A stretch of DNA of 64,000 nucleotides. It comes from Octopus vulgaris. Taxonomy: Eukaryota. Below the pieces are notes generated by a model that saw only the letters and a program-made list of their open reading frames with translations, ran no database searches and was not told the origin of the DNA. Where the stretch lies: contig OX597814.1 in the NCBI GenBank assembly GCA_951406725.2, forward strand, positions 117,614,001 through 117,678,000. Reading direction: 5' to 3'. The translations under genes and the position numbers were made by a program. Below, piece after piece: positions 1 to 13,554 of this stretch (positions are counted from its first letter, which is position 1; each line of letters opens with the position of its first letter).

Positions 1-62
<62 letters not shown>
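1..62. repeat. (AT)n microsatellite, one of dozens of (TA)n/(CA)n/(TATG)n tracts in the window
   Basis: Pure dinucleotide repeat read directly. Confidence 0.95.
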
Positions 63-66
<4 letters not shown>

Positions 67-142
67 GTGTGTGTGTGTGTGTGTATAAATATTATAAATG
101 AAAGACATATATACATATATATATACATGTGTATATTACGCT

Positions 143-492
143 TTTTACTCTTTTACTCTTTTACTTGTTTCAGTAATTTGACTGTGGCAATGCTGGAGCA
201 CCGCTTTTAGTCGAGCAAATCGACCCCAGTACTTATTCTTTGTTGGCCTAGTACTTAATCTGTCGGTCTCCTTTTGCCGAACCGCTAAGTTACGGGGACG
301 TAGCACACCAGCATCGGTTGTCAAGCTGTTGGGGTGGGGAGTACAAACACAGACACACAAACACATACAAACACATACATATATATACATATATACGACG
401 GGCTTCTTTCAGTTTCCGTCTACCATATCCACTCACAAGGCTTTGGTCGGCCCGAGGATATATTAGAAGACACTTGCCCAAGGTGCCACGCA
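143..492 (-). mobile_element. tRNA-derived SINE family A, 5' end missing
   Basis: Reverse complement of the full copy at 28078-28495 (GCTGGAGCACCGC, ACTCACAAGGCTTTGGTCGGCCCGAGG, AAGACACTTGCCCAAGG). Confidence 0.9.
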
Positions 493-1620
493 ATTTGTTG
501 CATCGTCCGTGAATTTATAGAGTGGAAGAATTCTGTAGTTGGGTTTTCGTTAGTGGTGCAATTGTCGATGTATTTGCTAAATGCTATTTTCCTGTATTCT
601 CGAATTTTAATCTAGCATCTATCTAGGGTCATCCTATGGCGTAGCCTGTGTTTGGTCTGGCCTATGTATTGTTTTCGATGCTCCGAGCAAGTTAATACAT
701 AGATTATATTTTCCGAAGCACATATGAAGTTGGTTTACATTGGAAAACGTTGACTTTATTTAAAGAACTATGATCCCTAAATTCGGTTGACATTTAGGTC
801 TTCCGCATTTTTTCACTGGCGGTTTCAATGTTGCTGCCGAGTGTACTTGAGCTTGTGTAAGGAGACTTTTCATTGACTTGGGTGGTCCTTTGCTCCTTAT
901 GATGCTGGACGTTTGGAGGATTAAATTCTTTCTGTGATCTCTTTTTAGAATAGGAATGTTCTGAAGAATGGTGTCGAAGGCTTCACTGTTAAGGAGGTTG
1001 TGTTTGGAGATGGATGGTAGGGGTTTGGTTGTAAATCCTTCTTTAGTTTGGGATGTCCGAATTCATGGATGCTGGGTATAGAGCATGCTGAAAGCCTATA
1101 CCAATTAGTGATGGAGGGTGGTTCCTGCTGATGAGCTTACCCTTTAGTTCATGTAGTCCTGGTGGAATGGGGGTCCACATTTTTGGAGGAAAAATTCATA
1201 TAGGATAGATTCAAAGAAACCTATTATTAGGTTTGCAAGACCAGGCACTACTTTTGTTCCCATCGCAATACCGCATCTTTTGCCGGTAATATGTTTCATC
1301 GAATAGGAAGTCATTGCATTGTAGGAAGAACTTCAGATATTCAACGACAAAAGTCTGGTTCATGCAGTCCGGGCGAACTTCGGGGGTATTTTTCTAACCG
1401 GAATCGTATTGCCTCTATTCCGTAGTCGTGTGGAATGTTAGTGTAGAGGTTGATGACATCGACGGAGACTAATTGTGCTTCCTCGTTGGTGGTTTTCGGT
1501 AGATGCTCTAGCATATCCAAATCGTCTCTAATTATACTTTTAATGTATCTGAGGAAAGGTTTCAATAGTATATCCAGGAAATTGCTTTGGGGTATGTTTC
1601 ACAGGTTGGGCCCTCTTTAA
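493..1620 (-). mobile_element. Decayed Penelope-like retroelement (RT and GIY-YIG remnants)
   Basis: ORF 1341-1565 (LVSVDVINLYTNIPHDYG) is a PLE RT motif; minus-strand ENIIYVLTCSEHRKQYIGQT near 655-715 is a GIY-YIG motif; homologous to 51190-53970. Confidence 0.85.
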
Positions 1621-2269
1621 TCGAGCTTAATTTTAAGTCTTCTTGTGTTGGGGTGTTGACAGATGCGCAAGAAATGAAACACCAAATTTCCATATTTTTC
1701 CATCATACCAATGCAAATATTCAATCTCCTTACAAGAACGCCCAAAGAAAACCTGTTCATACAAAAGCACAGAACACACTTTAATATACAAACTTGACCG
1801 CCTGATCCTTACACGCTGCTATTTCAAAATCAAATTTATTTACCCCTATTCAATAACACTGAGGCTGTAGTTGCCCCCCTTGCCACCTATTGACGGCCTT
1901 TATTCACTCTCTTCATTCATTCTTACTTTTCAAGTTATCGGAAATGGCGTGATTTATTTGACTTAAGTAATGATTGCTTCATAATATCCCTTGGAAAGGT
2001 AATTCAAATAGTAAAAACCGGTTGGTTTTCACTATATATGTTATGAAACTTTTACCACTCAAAAAATATGTATATACATATTTTTTATAAAAAGATATTA
2101 AAACTACGTGAAACGAAGGCATTAATCGTCCGCTTGTTATATACCTTTACACATATTTTCACTTCATAATTTTGCCACGTGGTATGTACTAATTATCCAG
2201 CAACTTTGCTCCTTACACACACACACACATAAATATGCACACACACATACACACATACACACACACACA

Positions 2270-2331
<62 letters not shown>

Positions 2332-2463
2332 CAGCAAAATGTAGATTCAAATGAATATGGTACTGAATTTAGATGCACCAGAATTTTGTATGGTGTTATG
2401 CATATATGTCCATGGGGTGATTATAATCAAAATAAGCAACAAGAATAACTTCGGTTAATTTGG

Positions 2464-2548
2464 TACGATCGTTTCGCACTACATCATTTTATTAAATGTT
2501 GTAAGTATTACAGCATTTAATAAAATGATGTAGTGCGAAGCGATCGTA
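2464..2548. repeat. 41-bp-arm inverted repeat containing the hammerhead 3' half (GAAACGATCGTA on minus)
   Basis: Arms 2464-2504 and 2508-2548 are reverse complements with 2 mismatches. Confidence 0.85.
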
Positions 2549-2704
2549 TGTATATATATATATATATTCTACAGCGAGTGAAAGACGGGATGGACGCTTC
2601 GATTTTGTGTTGGTGCCCCACTCTGTCGTACGCGACTATGAGGATTTGCATCCCCAACGTAAAACTCATAATGTAATACATGTTCTTGAAGTAGTAATTG
2701 TACC

Positions 2705-2781
2705 CAGCTGAAGAAGGCTATAGACACACATTATGCATTGTTATAAAACCATCTAATAAAGGCCCGAAACATATGTACCGC
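2705..2781 (+). ncRNA. Degenerate type I hammerhead ribozyme with long stem II
   Basis: CTGAAGA (2708-2714), then GAAAC-ATAT-GTA (2766-2777); stem I is imperfect. Confidence 0.5.
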
Positions 2782-2992
2782 TAAATCCTTGGCATCATGT
2801 TTTTATTTTGATTAATATACTCTATCACCTACACCACTAAATGGTATATACAGGTGCTTACAATTATCAAGTATTCACCCTGAATTTATATATATATATA
2901 TCTGTATATACATACATATAAATAGAAGTATGTGCGCGTGCTCTTGTGTGTCTGTTTGTTTGTGTGTGTGTGTATGTATGTACTTATATACA

Positions 2993-3125
2993 CATGTCTA
3001 ACTTAATAGCACCACCTAGCAAACTCATTCAAATGAAGAATCGGACAAAATGATCCACAAGAGGAGTGAGTTATCGTTTACGGCGACATATCCGGCTGCA
3101 GGAAGATTTTCCGGGATTTTTTAAA
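2993..3125 (-). mobile_element. 3'-terminal fragment of the CR1-group LINE family at 22676-25752
   Basis: CATGTCTAACTTAATAGCACCACCT is shared with 22718-22742; minus translation YVAVNDNSLL matches YVSVNNNSLL. Confidence 0.75.
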
Positions 3126-3925
3126 GGAAATGTATGTGTGTGTGTTTGCTTATTTTTGCGCTAGCGCGCGAGTGTGCGTGCACTATTAAGGATTTCAGAG
3201 AAGTAAGCACATTCAATGATTAATTCTATTGATACTTGTACGAGAGAAAAGAGGAAACATAAAGCCACTCTTTCGTTTCTTTCCTTTACTCATTATACTT
3301 GAATATATGTCAGCTTTCAAGAGATGTATTTCGTTTATATATATATGTATCATCATTACGTAGATACACATATATACATATGTCTGTATTCATCTATCTA
3401 TCTATATTTATATAGGTATAAATGTGTTTAATTTAAAGTAAACAGATGCATTGATATCTATAGGAAGTGACATTTAGTATTATGCAAAAGAATAAAATTA
3501 TACAATATAAATAATGGGCGAGATGCATTGCAGAGATATTTGTCAAATAATACGATACGGAAACACTGTTATTTATATAAAATTTGCAAAAAAATTTTTA
3601 AATGATGTAATAGTGCCATCAATAATGACAGCTGTTCTATTGAGATTGTTCAAATATATGATTTTTTGTCTATAATATACTTGTTATTTTACTTCGTGAT
3701 ATTTTACCATTATCGAGAGAAATTTGCCAAGTAATGGAGAAAATAGCAAACAACAATATTTTTATTTTATATCGAAATACATTTTAAATATGTATTATTT
3801 GCTTTATTTCATAGCAGCATATCAGAAACAATCGTCAAAATAACATTCAATAATTTCGAAGCTGTATGTTTATATATGCATATTTATATATATGTGTGTA
3901 TATACGTTCATTTAAATATATGATC

Positions 3926-3991
<66 letters not shown>

Positions 3992-4002
3992 ATATATGTA
4001 TG

Positions 4003-4062
<60 letters not shown>

Positions 4063-4152
4063 GATATACAAACACACATACACATATCTATTAAACAGAA
4101 TGAGATAACAAATCCAAGGCTGTGAGGAGTTTTCAGGATATTTTTATAATGA

Positions 4153-4200
4153 GTCTTACAGCTGTTTCTGGGATATTACGGATATCCCTTCATCAGAGAC
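4153..4200 (-). ncRNA. Minimal type I hammerhead ribozyme (PLE pLTR type)
   Basis: Minus strand: GTCT-CTGATGA-A-GGGATA-TCCGTAA-TATCCC-A-GAAAC-AGCT-GTA-AGAC. Stems I and II pair; stem III loop is palindromic. Confidence 0.8.
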
Positions 4201-4215
4201 GGTGTGAGAAATTAT

Positions 4216-4265
<50 letters not shown>

Positions 4266-4337
4266 TCAGATGAATATGGTACTTAAGTTGAAAGCATCAG
4301 AACCTATTACCTCTGGAGTTCCTTGTTGCATATTTTG

Positions 4338-4383
<46 letters not shown>

Positions 4384-4470
4384 TAATCCAAACAAGAACA
4401 CACAACAACGCGAGGACGTGGAACAAATATAGTATTATTGGACGATCAGGGAAGAAGGAAGGAAAGAAGG

Positions 4471-4505
4471 GTTTAACGTTTCGAGCGGAGCTCTTCGTCG
4501 GAAAC
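4471..4505 (-). ncRNA. Minimal hammerhead-like motif, CCGACGA core variant
   Basis: Minus strand: GTTT-CCGACGA-A-GAGC-TCC-GCTC-GAAACGTT-AAAC. Confidence 0.6.
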
Positions 4506-4949
4506 ATAGGAGAAGGATAGATCCAGAGAAGGGAAGACAGAGGAAAACAATCTCCAACGGTACACACGAGGTCACTGTGCACACATACACAAATACCTTT
4601 ACATATATATGTATATATTTAGTTATAATTAATGTTTCTGTTTATATCTCTCTATATAGCAATAACAATTGTTATGCAGAAAAATATAACGTATGATGTT
4701 CAATATACATCATACGTCATATAAATTGCACTCATAATTAGCTAAAAGGTGCAGAGAAACATTATGTAATTATGCACCTTCCATCATCAATGTCCTGCAA
4801 GAAATATTTAAACCTCTTTGCTTTTCAGTGGTTGTCATTGTTAGTATTATTTGACTCGTATCCTGCATGCGATCCTTTGTTTTTTCCTTACAGACTACGA
4901 GGTCATTGCGCCTTTTAGATAGGTGGATAAAGGATCTCCAGTTTTTTTC

Positions 4950-5325
4950 CGGAGGCAGATCTTCTATGGACGCACACTAACCTTACAGGGATGATCTATA
5001 GCCAGGTTGGATATGATTCGTTCATTGCCATAGATGATGTTCTGGGTTTAATGCAAATGAATACGTTCGGCTACTGTAGAGGTAGCTTTCAAATTGCTAT
5101 TACAATGGTTGTATAAGTGGTTGATAATGGGAGTTTCACTGAATTAGTGGTAGCCTCGGTGTGTTATCCAGTGGTTGGTTTTGTTACTAGTTACTCATAC
5201 GCTACATTTGCTAGAATACACCTCATCTCTCATCTAGACCATCCCATAAAACACCCCAATTTTCAGTTTTATGCTCTCGTTTTTCTTGGAATGAAAATGT
5301 ATCAGTGCTGTGATGGAGATGTTGC

Positions 5326-5357
<32 letters not shown>

Positions 5358-7120
5358 ATGATGACGTTGGTGACAATGATGACGATGATGATGACGGTGG
5401 TGATGGTAATGTGATAAGTAGATTGTCAGTAGTTCTTGGAGAGGATGCCCTATAGTTTTCGACGTTGGTAGTTTGCTGGATTGAAGTATATTAATTTCGA
5501 CAGTGAGCCGATACGAAAATTCTAGGTTCGTGAACCACGTCTTCGTTTAACAGTATATATGTATGTGTATGTATGTGTGTATATTTGAGGACGCGTGCAT
5601 GTGAGTGTGTGTATTCATATGTCTGTATGTAAATCATTATGCTGATATGAGTGCAAGTAATCAAAATGTTATAGAATACTTTGGGCAGATTAGAAGTAAT
5701 TTTATACACCGAATACTCAATTTCAATCAGAAAGTCCATTCACACGTCGAAGTATATATGCTCACAAACCCCCAACTAATTTAGTTTGTTTATATTAGTT
5801 TGTTTATATACGTTTTGCCAACAATTGGGAACAGCTGAAACATTTCAATGAAGTTTTGGCGTTACGGTAGTAATGCATTCCTGAATTACTTCGCGTAACG
5901 CTTAGTCCTATAATGTGAAATTTACCACCATTGTTTTTTTTTATATATTATAAGGTGATAATACGTTTTGATGAATTATCTGAAAACAACCCCAACAACG
6001 ACAAATGAGCAACACGAACACTATTATGCTACAGTGACAATTTCTAAATAAAGTATGCTCACCACTTTGTGAGAGTTGGTGGTGATAGAATAAGTGTTAA
6101 TGGCGGAATAAGGGACACTATCGGCATATATTTTGTGTTATCTAATTTCCTTTTAATGTTCACTGTTTCTCGGAGCAGATTTGTCTTGCAAATCTTGGGT
6201 GCAGATACTCCAAAACAATACGTATCTCCATGTCTCATCAGCTTGTTGAAAGAAAAAAAAAACCGCCCAACTAACTAGACACAGCAATTAAGACAAAAGT
6301 GACATTAAGGAAAATATAAAGGAACCATTCTTCTTATCTTTTCCAATTCTTCTGAAAATGTGGAGTTAACATGTACACCCAAACTCTGATCACCGGTAAC
6401 AGGGCCAATTCATATTTTAAATCTTCTGAAATTTTAAATCTTGACATTTTCCAGTTTCAATGTTATATTTCTTAACGGAGTAAGTTATTGTAGAATTGCT
6501 GTTTTCGCAGATATTCCTCTTTGGATATGTGCGATGATTTCTAAGACTGAAGACACCTCTCCAGTTGAAAGGCATCACTTCGATCTCCTGTAGTGCATTT
6601 GTTCCCATAATACAGAGTAAAACAACGTCGCACGCTGTCCCAAGCCCGGTCATATGACAATAAGTTACTAATTAGAATCGACCACAAGAACTGCCTTGTC
6701 TGAAAATTGTCTGAAGAACTGACATTATGTATAATTATTGAATGAATAATTTCTATTGTACAAGACGTTAGTTTTTCGCTTTGCATTTAAAATATTCATG
6801 AATGGGCGTGGTTAGTGACTGTTTTTCACTGAGTGTGTGTGTTTAGGATGTCACAATTTCCATATCTCTCTCGTAAAATTTGCTTTTGAAATTATTCATT
6901 TTAATGTCGACTACAAAAAATATCTGCATGAACCTAGTTTTTCTTTGTAGGTAACACCGTTATTAGTACCGTTACACATTGATGTAGCTTTGCAAAAGCC
7001 TGTCGAAAAAAAATGCAACATAATGTTATCACGATGAGTTACTGAAGTGGATACAAATGCGTGGCTTAAAATCATTACTAGCATCGCAGTAAGCACAAAA
7101 TGAAGGTGGAGAAGATTCAT
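4950..7120 (-). pseudogene. Possible decayed gene: signal peptide, C-type-lectin-like domain, Ser/Thr-rich stalk
   Basis: MNLLHLHFVLTAML; acceptor TTTTTTCGACAG then FCKATSMCNG..GSCRYF; FLWS..LSYD.AW..GNKC and FNWR..NICE in two frames; Ser/Thr-rich minus-strand segments at about 5100-5490. Several stops and frameshifts. Confidence 0.3.
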
Positions 7121-7329
7121 AATAGCATGGCTACCCATCGTTTCTTTCAAATAACAGATCTGTTTCTGTAACTATATTACGTTTAAGACGCGATACACTA
7201 CTTGGTAAATGTATCTTCATGTTCGCATTACACATGCAAACACGTACACAATCGCAAGAATGCACACAGACTAAGTCCCCACCCACACTCGCACACAGAA
7301 AAACACACATAAACAAGTCACAAACATAC

Positions 7330-7377
<48 letters not shown>

Positions 7378-7608
7378 TTTTACTCTTTTACTTGTTTCAG
7401 TCATTTGACTGTGGCCATGCTGGAGCACCACCTTTTAGTCGAGCAAATCAACCTCAGGACTTATTCTTTGTAAGCCTAGTACTTATTCTATCGTTCTCTT
7501 TTGTCGAACCGCTACGTTACGGGGACGTAAACACACCAGCATCGATTGTCAACCGATGTTGGAGAAGGGAACAAACACAGACACAGAAACATATACACAC
7601 ACATACAT

Positions 7609-7690
<82 letters not shown>

Positions 7691-8275
7691 TTATTTGTGA
7701 CCTTCGTGGGAGAAATTCTGGAGGGAGATACGAATTCACTTGTCTATATAAATGTGGATATGCTGGTCAGCTTCTATATGTCCGATGTCGCCTGTTCGGA
7801 GTATGGTTGTAAGATTTCCTAGCATTTTTAGATTTATTTATCGGAATATTATGTTGATGAAGGAAATGAATCTCTGATTTTAATCCAGAAACGTATGCGT
7901 CCATAATTGACCGGACACTGTTTGATTTCGTTGTTTTTCATGTTTTTTTGGGCCATAGTGAGTTACAAATACTCTTGTCTGTGGGACTTATTTTTATAGT
8001 AAAAGAAATAACAGTCGTCTGGCTGCTATTTCTAATACTTTCGGTATGTGGTCTAGCAACCTGTTGCAAAAATCCTCATTGGTATAATTTTATATATATA
8101 TATATACATATATACAACGGTCTTTTTCAGTTTCCGTCTACCAAATCTAATCACAAGCTTTGGGTCGGCCCGAGGCTATAGCAGAAGACACTTGCCCAAG
8201 GTACCACGCAATGGGACTTAAACCGGAACCATGTGCTTCGTAAGCAAGCTACTTACCCCACAGCTACTCCTACGC
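7378..8275 (-). mobile_element. SINE family A split by an approx. 400-bp insert in its internal microsatellite
   Basis: 3' half at 7378-7600 and 5' half at 8115-8275, same strand; unrelated sequence at 7688-8090 between (TA)n runs. Confidence 0.8.
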
Positions 8276-9533
8276 CCGTGATGGTAAGTTCAACAAAATA
8301 GCATTCCCCATCTGGTGATAGATAAATATTATTTACTAAACGTACCATATATTTTCATGAGCTACTAATAGTTTAATGCAATATATAAAAAAATGACAGC
8401 ATGCTATAACACAACTGGTGACATTACTTAATAATGAAGCTAAAACTGGACGATAGGATGAGAGAAAATACGAGAAAAGGCGAGAAAGAAGTTGATGTCA
8501 AAGGTGGAAGGTTGAAAAACCGGAAACCGAATAAGTAAAGACACACAAACACACACACACACATTTATACACATATACACATATACACAATAAGTAGATA
8601 AAGAAAAAGTTTATCGGTAAGCGCACACAATGCCTTTATCTCTATGACACCTGCATTTTAGAAATCGGAAGACTACAGTGCAAGAAACGTAGATAGATTA
8701 AAGCTCAGATTGAGTACTGCAATGGAAATGGCCTATCTTTCTGACTTCTCAGGATTTTAATGTAATTACACACGTGTTGTTGGTGATATTTGTCCTTTTC
8801 CTAACTAATTCATTTTCTTTTCTGACTAAGAGCAATGCTCAAAACGTCAAAAACTTTGTCTTTTTACCGAACGTCAAACTACTACGTTTCATATGCACAC
8901 CAAACTGTTGTTTTTTTCTATTTTTAAACGTTCGATTTCTCTACATGTATGTATACATTCAAATGTTTATATATGTAGATACATAAGAGATAGTGGTGTC
9001 CTTGAGACACAAAAGTGTCAGGTAATGCTGAATAAGTGCTATAGACAGACCATAGTTATGTTCCAGATTCGGTAATATTGCGAATAAAGGGTTCAACGTT
9101 GGTTCTATGTCAGCGTGTGTATATAAGAATTTTTTGCGTAATAAGATAAAAGACCAAGGCTGTGTAGGTATTTGAGCATTTATAGATAGCATGTATAAAT
9201 GGTCTATAATGCTTTATATGCATCTATAAATGCTCTATCTACACAGCCTTGGTCTTTTATCTTATAACGCAAAACATTCATTTATATATATATATAACAC
9301 CCGGGTGTCCCCTTGTTCTTTTAAATGGCGGTGCCCCAGCATGGCCACAGCTCATGAGCTGAAACTGGAAAAATCAAAAAAATATGTTTGTTTGTGTGTG
9401 TGTGTCTGTGTGTCTGTGTGTGTGTCTGTATGTATATATGTGCGTATATATATGTATGTATGTATACATTCAAGTGTTTTTATATATAAATTGACAGTAT
9501 GAAAAAAGTCTAAGGCTGTGAATAGTATGAATA

Positions 9534-9582
9534 GTCTCACAGTTGTTTTAGGGATATTTAAATATATCCCTTCCCCAGAGTC
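9534..9582 (-). ncRNA. Degenerate copy of the 4153-4200 hammerhead element
   Basis: GTCTCACAGTTGTTTTAGGGATAT...ATATCCCTTCCCCAGAG aligns by eye; core is mutated. Confidence 0.5.
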
Positions 9583-10439
9583 GGTGCGAGAAAATGTTTA
9601 AGTCATAATTTTTGTAGAGAAGATATGAAATAGAGAAGGAAGTGAAGGAATGAACATAGAAGTGAGATGCATACGGATATTGTATATATTCTATATATTG
9701 CATATATGCATGCATAAAGGGAGAGAGAAAGACAAAGAGAGAGAGAGAGAGAAATAAAGAGAATGTTTTACATGTATGTGCGTAAAAATTTATACAAAGA
9801 AGGAATCACGCGTGTGTATACACATGCTTGTGCGTATATATAATGGAACATAAAAAGTTATAGTAGTCAGAACACTTTGAAATGATAAAAAAATATTGAA
9901 AATCTATAATAGATATGAACTACAATGTAAAACTTACTACACGGACAAGTGCACTAAAGAAAAAAGAAAATTGTGTACTGAATCTCATAGCAGATTTACA
10001 TAACTCAGAAAAATATATTACTTTTCAAGTTTAACGAAGAAAGGTGAATTTTGAAAGTTTGGTGTGTGAATATTGAAAATATTTCACAATTGTTATCAAT
10101 AGACACAATGTAATCCACTGACAAAGACATGACACAAGAACCATGTGATTTCCTATTTGATAAATAATATAAGGAAGTTCGGGAGCAAACAATTTTTCAA
10201 AAGTATCGATAACAATATCATCATTAACTTATTTATTTCAATGATTCTTGTATAAAACTGCAATAAAAATGACACAGAAAAATATAAAATTATTCATCCA
10301 GACGACAATATTGGCAAATATTAATTTCGACAGATAGAAAAATATATTAATGTTGAAAGCAAAATATAATTGATTATTAAGGAAATATAGGATATTTCTT
10401 AATACAATCAATGAAACCAGATTTTACATAATAATAGGT

Positions 10440-10712
<273 letters not shown>

Positions 10713-12155
10713 TTAGGAATCCATGAACTCGATAAGACACAACACACACAAATGAAAGAGAAAATAAAAAAAGAATATTATAGACGAGTTAGATCAATAC
10801 TAAACACAGAGCTCAATGCTAAAAACAAGATAATAGGTATCAACACTTTAGCTGTCCCAGTTATAAGTTACAGCTACAATATCCTTAACTGGACACGAAA
10901 TGAACTGACCAAAATAGACAGGAAAACAAGAAAAATAATGACAGGATCTAGGATGCATCACCCAAAATCTGACATAGAAAGACTATATATACAACGTATA
11001 GAGGGTGGTAGAGGCCTTATACAGCTGGAAAACTACTATAAAATAACCACCATAGGACTGCAAAAATATCTACTTCAGAAGGAAGGAAAACTGATCCAGA
11101 TAGCGGCAAAACACGAGCAAAACAAAAAACTGTTCTCAGTATTTAAGGAAGCTGACAAATACAAACAAGAAATCATACCACCTAATAAACATGAAGAAGA
11201 AGAAGAAGATGAAGAAACAACAAAAGCTATAAAAAAAATGAAATCCAAACTAAAAATAGAACAGCAACGAACCATGATAAAACGATGGCAAGAAAAGCCC
11301 CTTCATGGTAAATACTGGACTAAACTAAACGCAAAAGAAATAGACAAACAAAAATCCCAGCAATGGTTGAGAAGCTCAGGACTCAAAGCAGAGACAGAGG
11401 GATTTTTAATTGCAGCACAAGACCAAAGCCTCCCCACCAGAAATTACCAAAAACATGTAATGAAAAGAAATATTACAAGTAACTGCAGAATATGTGGAGA
11501 TGGACAAGAAACAATAAATCATATTATCTCTAGCTGCCCAGTCCTGGCTAAGAAGGAATATATTCACAGACACGACAGAGTTGGAACTTACATACATTGG
11601 AAGCTATGCCAACATTATGGAATAACAACAGAAAAAAGATGGTATAGGCACACACCAGAAAAGGTCACAGAAAACGAGAAAGCAACCATACTCTGGGATA
11701 TGCCGATACACACAGATAGAGAAATTAAGGCCAACAGACCAGATATAGTTGTCAGAGACCATGAAGAAAAAAATGCTTTCTAATTGATGTATCAGTACCG
11801 GCAGATGACAACGTGTCTCTAAAAAAAATGGAGAAACTCTCAAAATACAAAGACCTGGAAATAGAGGTAACTAGAATGTGGAATCTGAAAACAGAAACAA
11901 TTCCTATCATAGTAGGTGCATTAGGCATGATAAAAAAATATTCAGACAAATACATAACAAAAACACCAGGACTTACAAACACATATAACATACAGAAAAT
12001 TGCACTACTAGGCACTGCACACATCCTACGCAGAACACTTTCCATACAATAACCATCAGAGCATCACAACAAATCACAGCACATACCCAAGGCACACAGA
12101 GCTGCGCTCGGTAGTGAAGTGAAAGCACGCTATAAAAATAAAAATAAAACTACTG
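10713..12155 (+). mobile_element. 5'-truncated R4/Dong-clade non-LTR retrotransposon (thumb, CCHC finger, REL endonuclease)
   Basis: GGRGL, CRICGDGQETINHIISSC, RHD, NRPDIVV, KLSKYKDL motifs; one frameshift in the A-run near 11770; bounded by (TAA)n. Confidence 0.92.
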
Positions 12156-12167
12156 AATAATAATAAA

Positions 12168-13475
12168 ATACGAAAACTGTTGACAATGCATAGAATGCAA
12201 CACCCTAAGGCAGATACAGAATGACTTTATCTGCCAAGGAAAGAGGGAGGCCGTGGACTTTTACAACTGGCAATAACAATTAAGATTGCTCCAATTGGTC
12301 TAGACAGCTACCTGAAAAACTCTGAGGACTGGATGTTAAAACTTGTTTCAAAACATGAAAACAAGAAAGCATCATACTCAGTAACAAAACAGGCAAAGGA
12401 ATATATAAGTGAATTCCGAATACAACAAATTTCGGAATTAGAGATAGACATACAAGAAACAAGCATAGAAAAAGCTAGGCGCATGAAAACCCGTGCTAAA
12501 ACTGCTGCCTTAGATATTCTGAATGATAAATGGCAAGAAACACCTCTCTATGGCAAATACCCAAAGAGAGCGAATAATGCAGATGTTGACAAAGCCCTGA
12601 CCCATCATTGGCTAATGGCCTATGGCTTAAAATCTGAAACAGAGGAGTTTATCACAGCAGCTCAAGATCAATGCCTACTAACAAGAAACTACCAGGCCAA
12701 CATATTAAAGAACGGCAGTAGCCCAACATGTCGTGTATGTCAACAACAAAATGAAACCATTGATCATGTTGTCTCCAAGTGCAGTCTTCTAGCGCCTACA
12801 GAGTATCTCAACAGGCATGATAGAGCGGCACAATATATTCACTGGGTAATCTGCAACAACTTGGATTTGCCCCATGAAAAAAAATTGGTTGGAACACAAA
12901 CCACCCCCAGTGCTTGAAAGTGACAACATCTCACTCTTCTGGAACTTCCCCATTCAAGCTGACAGAAATATAGATGCAAATAGGCCAGACATCATATTGA
13001 AAGACTTCAGACAAAGAACATGCCTCCTCATTGATATGACTGTCACAATCGATATAAACGTATCTGTCCAGACCTACCAAAAACTGAGCAAATATAAAGA
13101 TCTTGAAATAGAAATCAGCAAAATGTGGAACCTGAAGACTAAAACAATACCTGTTGTCATAGGTGCCCTGGGAATGATAGCAAAAGGGGCTGATTGCTAC
13201 CTAACTCAGATACCAGGAAACCCCAAAATGGCAGAAATTCAAAAGTGCTCATGGGAACTGCTCATATCCTACGCAAAATACTTTCTATGTAATCTCAAGG
13301 TTTAAAACAAACAATTTTTTTTTTAGACATCCACTAGTACAACAAAAAAACAACAACCCAAGATATGGCACACTAGGCATAACAACAACGTGAACTTCCA
13401 ACCTGTTGTCTCTTGAGGTCTCTGGGTGAGACTTGGAGCTAACTTGTACAAGTATAAAGCAAAAGTCAAACATAG
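12168..13475 (+). mobile_element. Second 5'-truncated R4/Dong-clade element
   Basis: ORFs 12333-12917 and 12874-13305: CRVCQQQNETIDHVVSKC, RHD, NRPDII, KLSKYKDL; followed by (TAA)n. Confidence 0.9.
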
Positions 13476-13554
13476 AATAATAAAAATAATAATAATAATA
13501 ATAATAATAATGATAATAATAATAATAATAATTATAATAATAATAATAATAATG

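Noticed and set aside
5117-5455. Plus-strand 112-aa ORF with poly-Ala/poly-Asp
   Set aside because: Driven by (GCT)n and (GAT)n repeats; the opposite strand gives the more protein-like reading.
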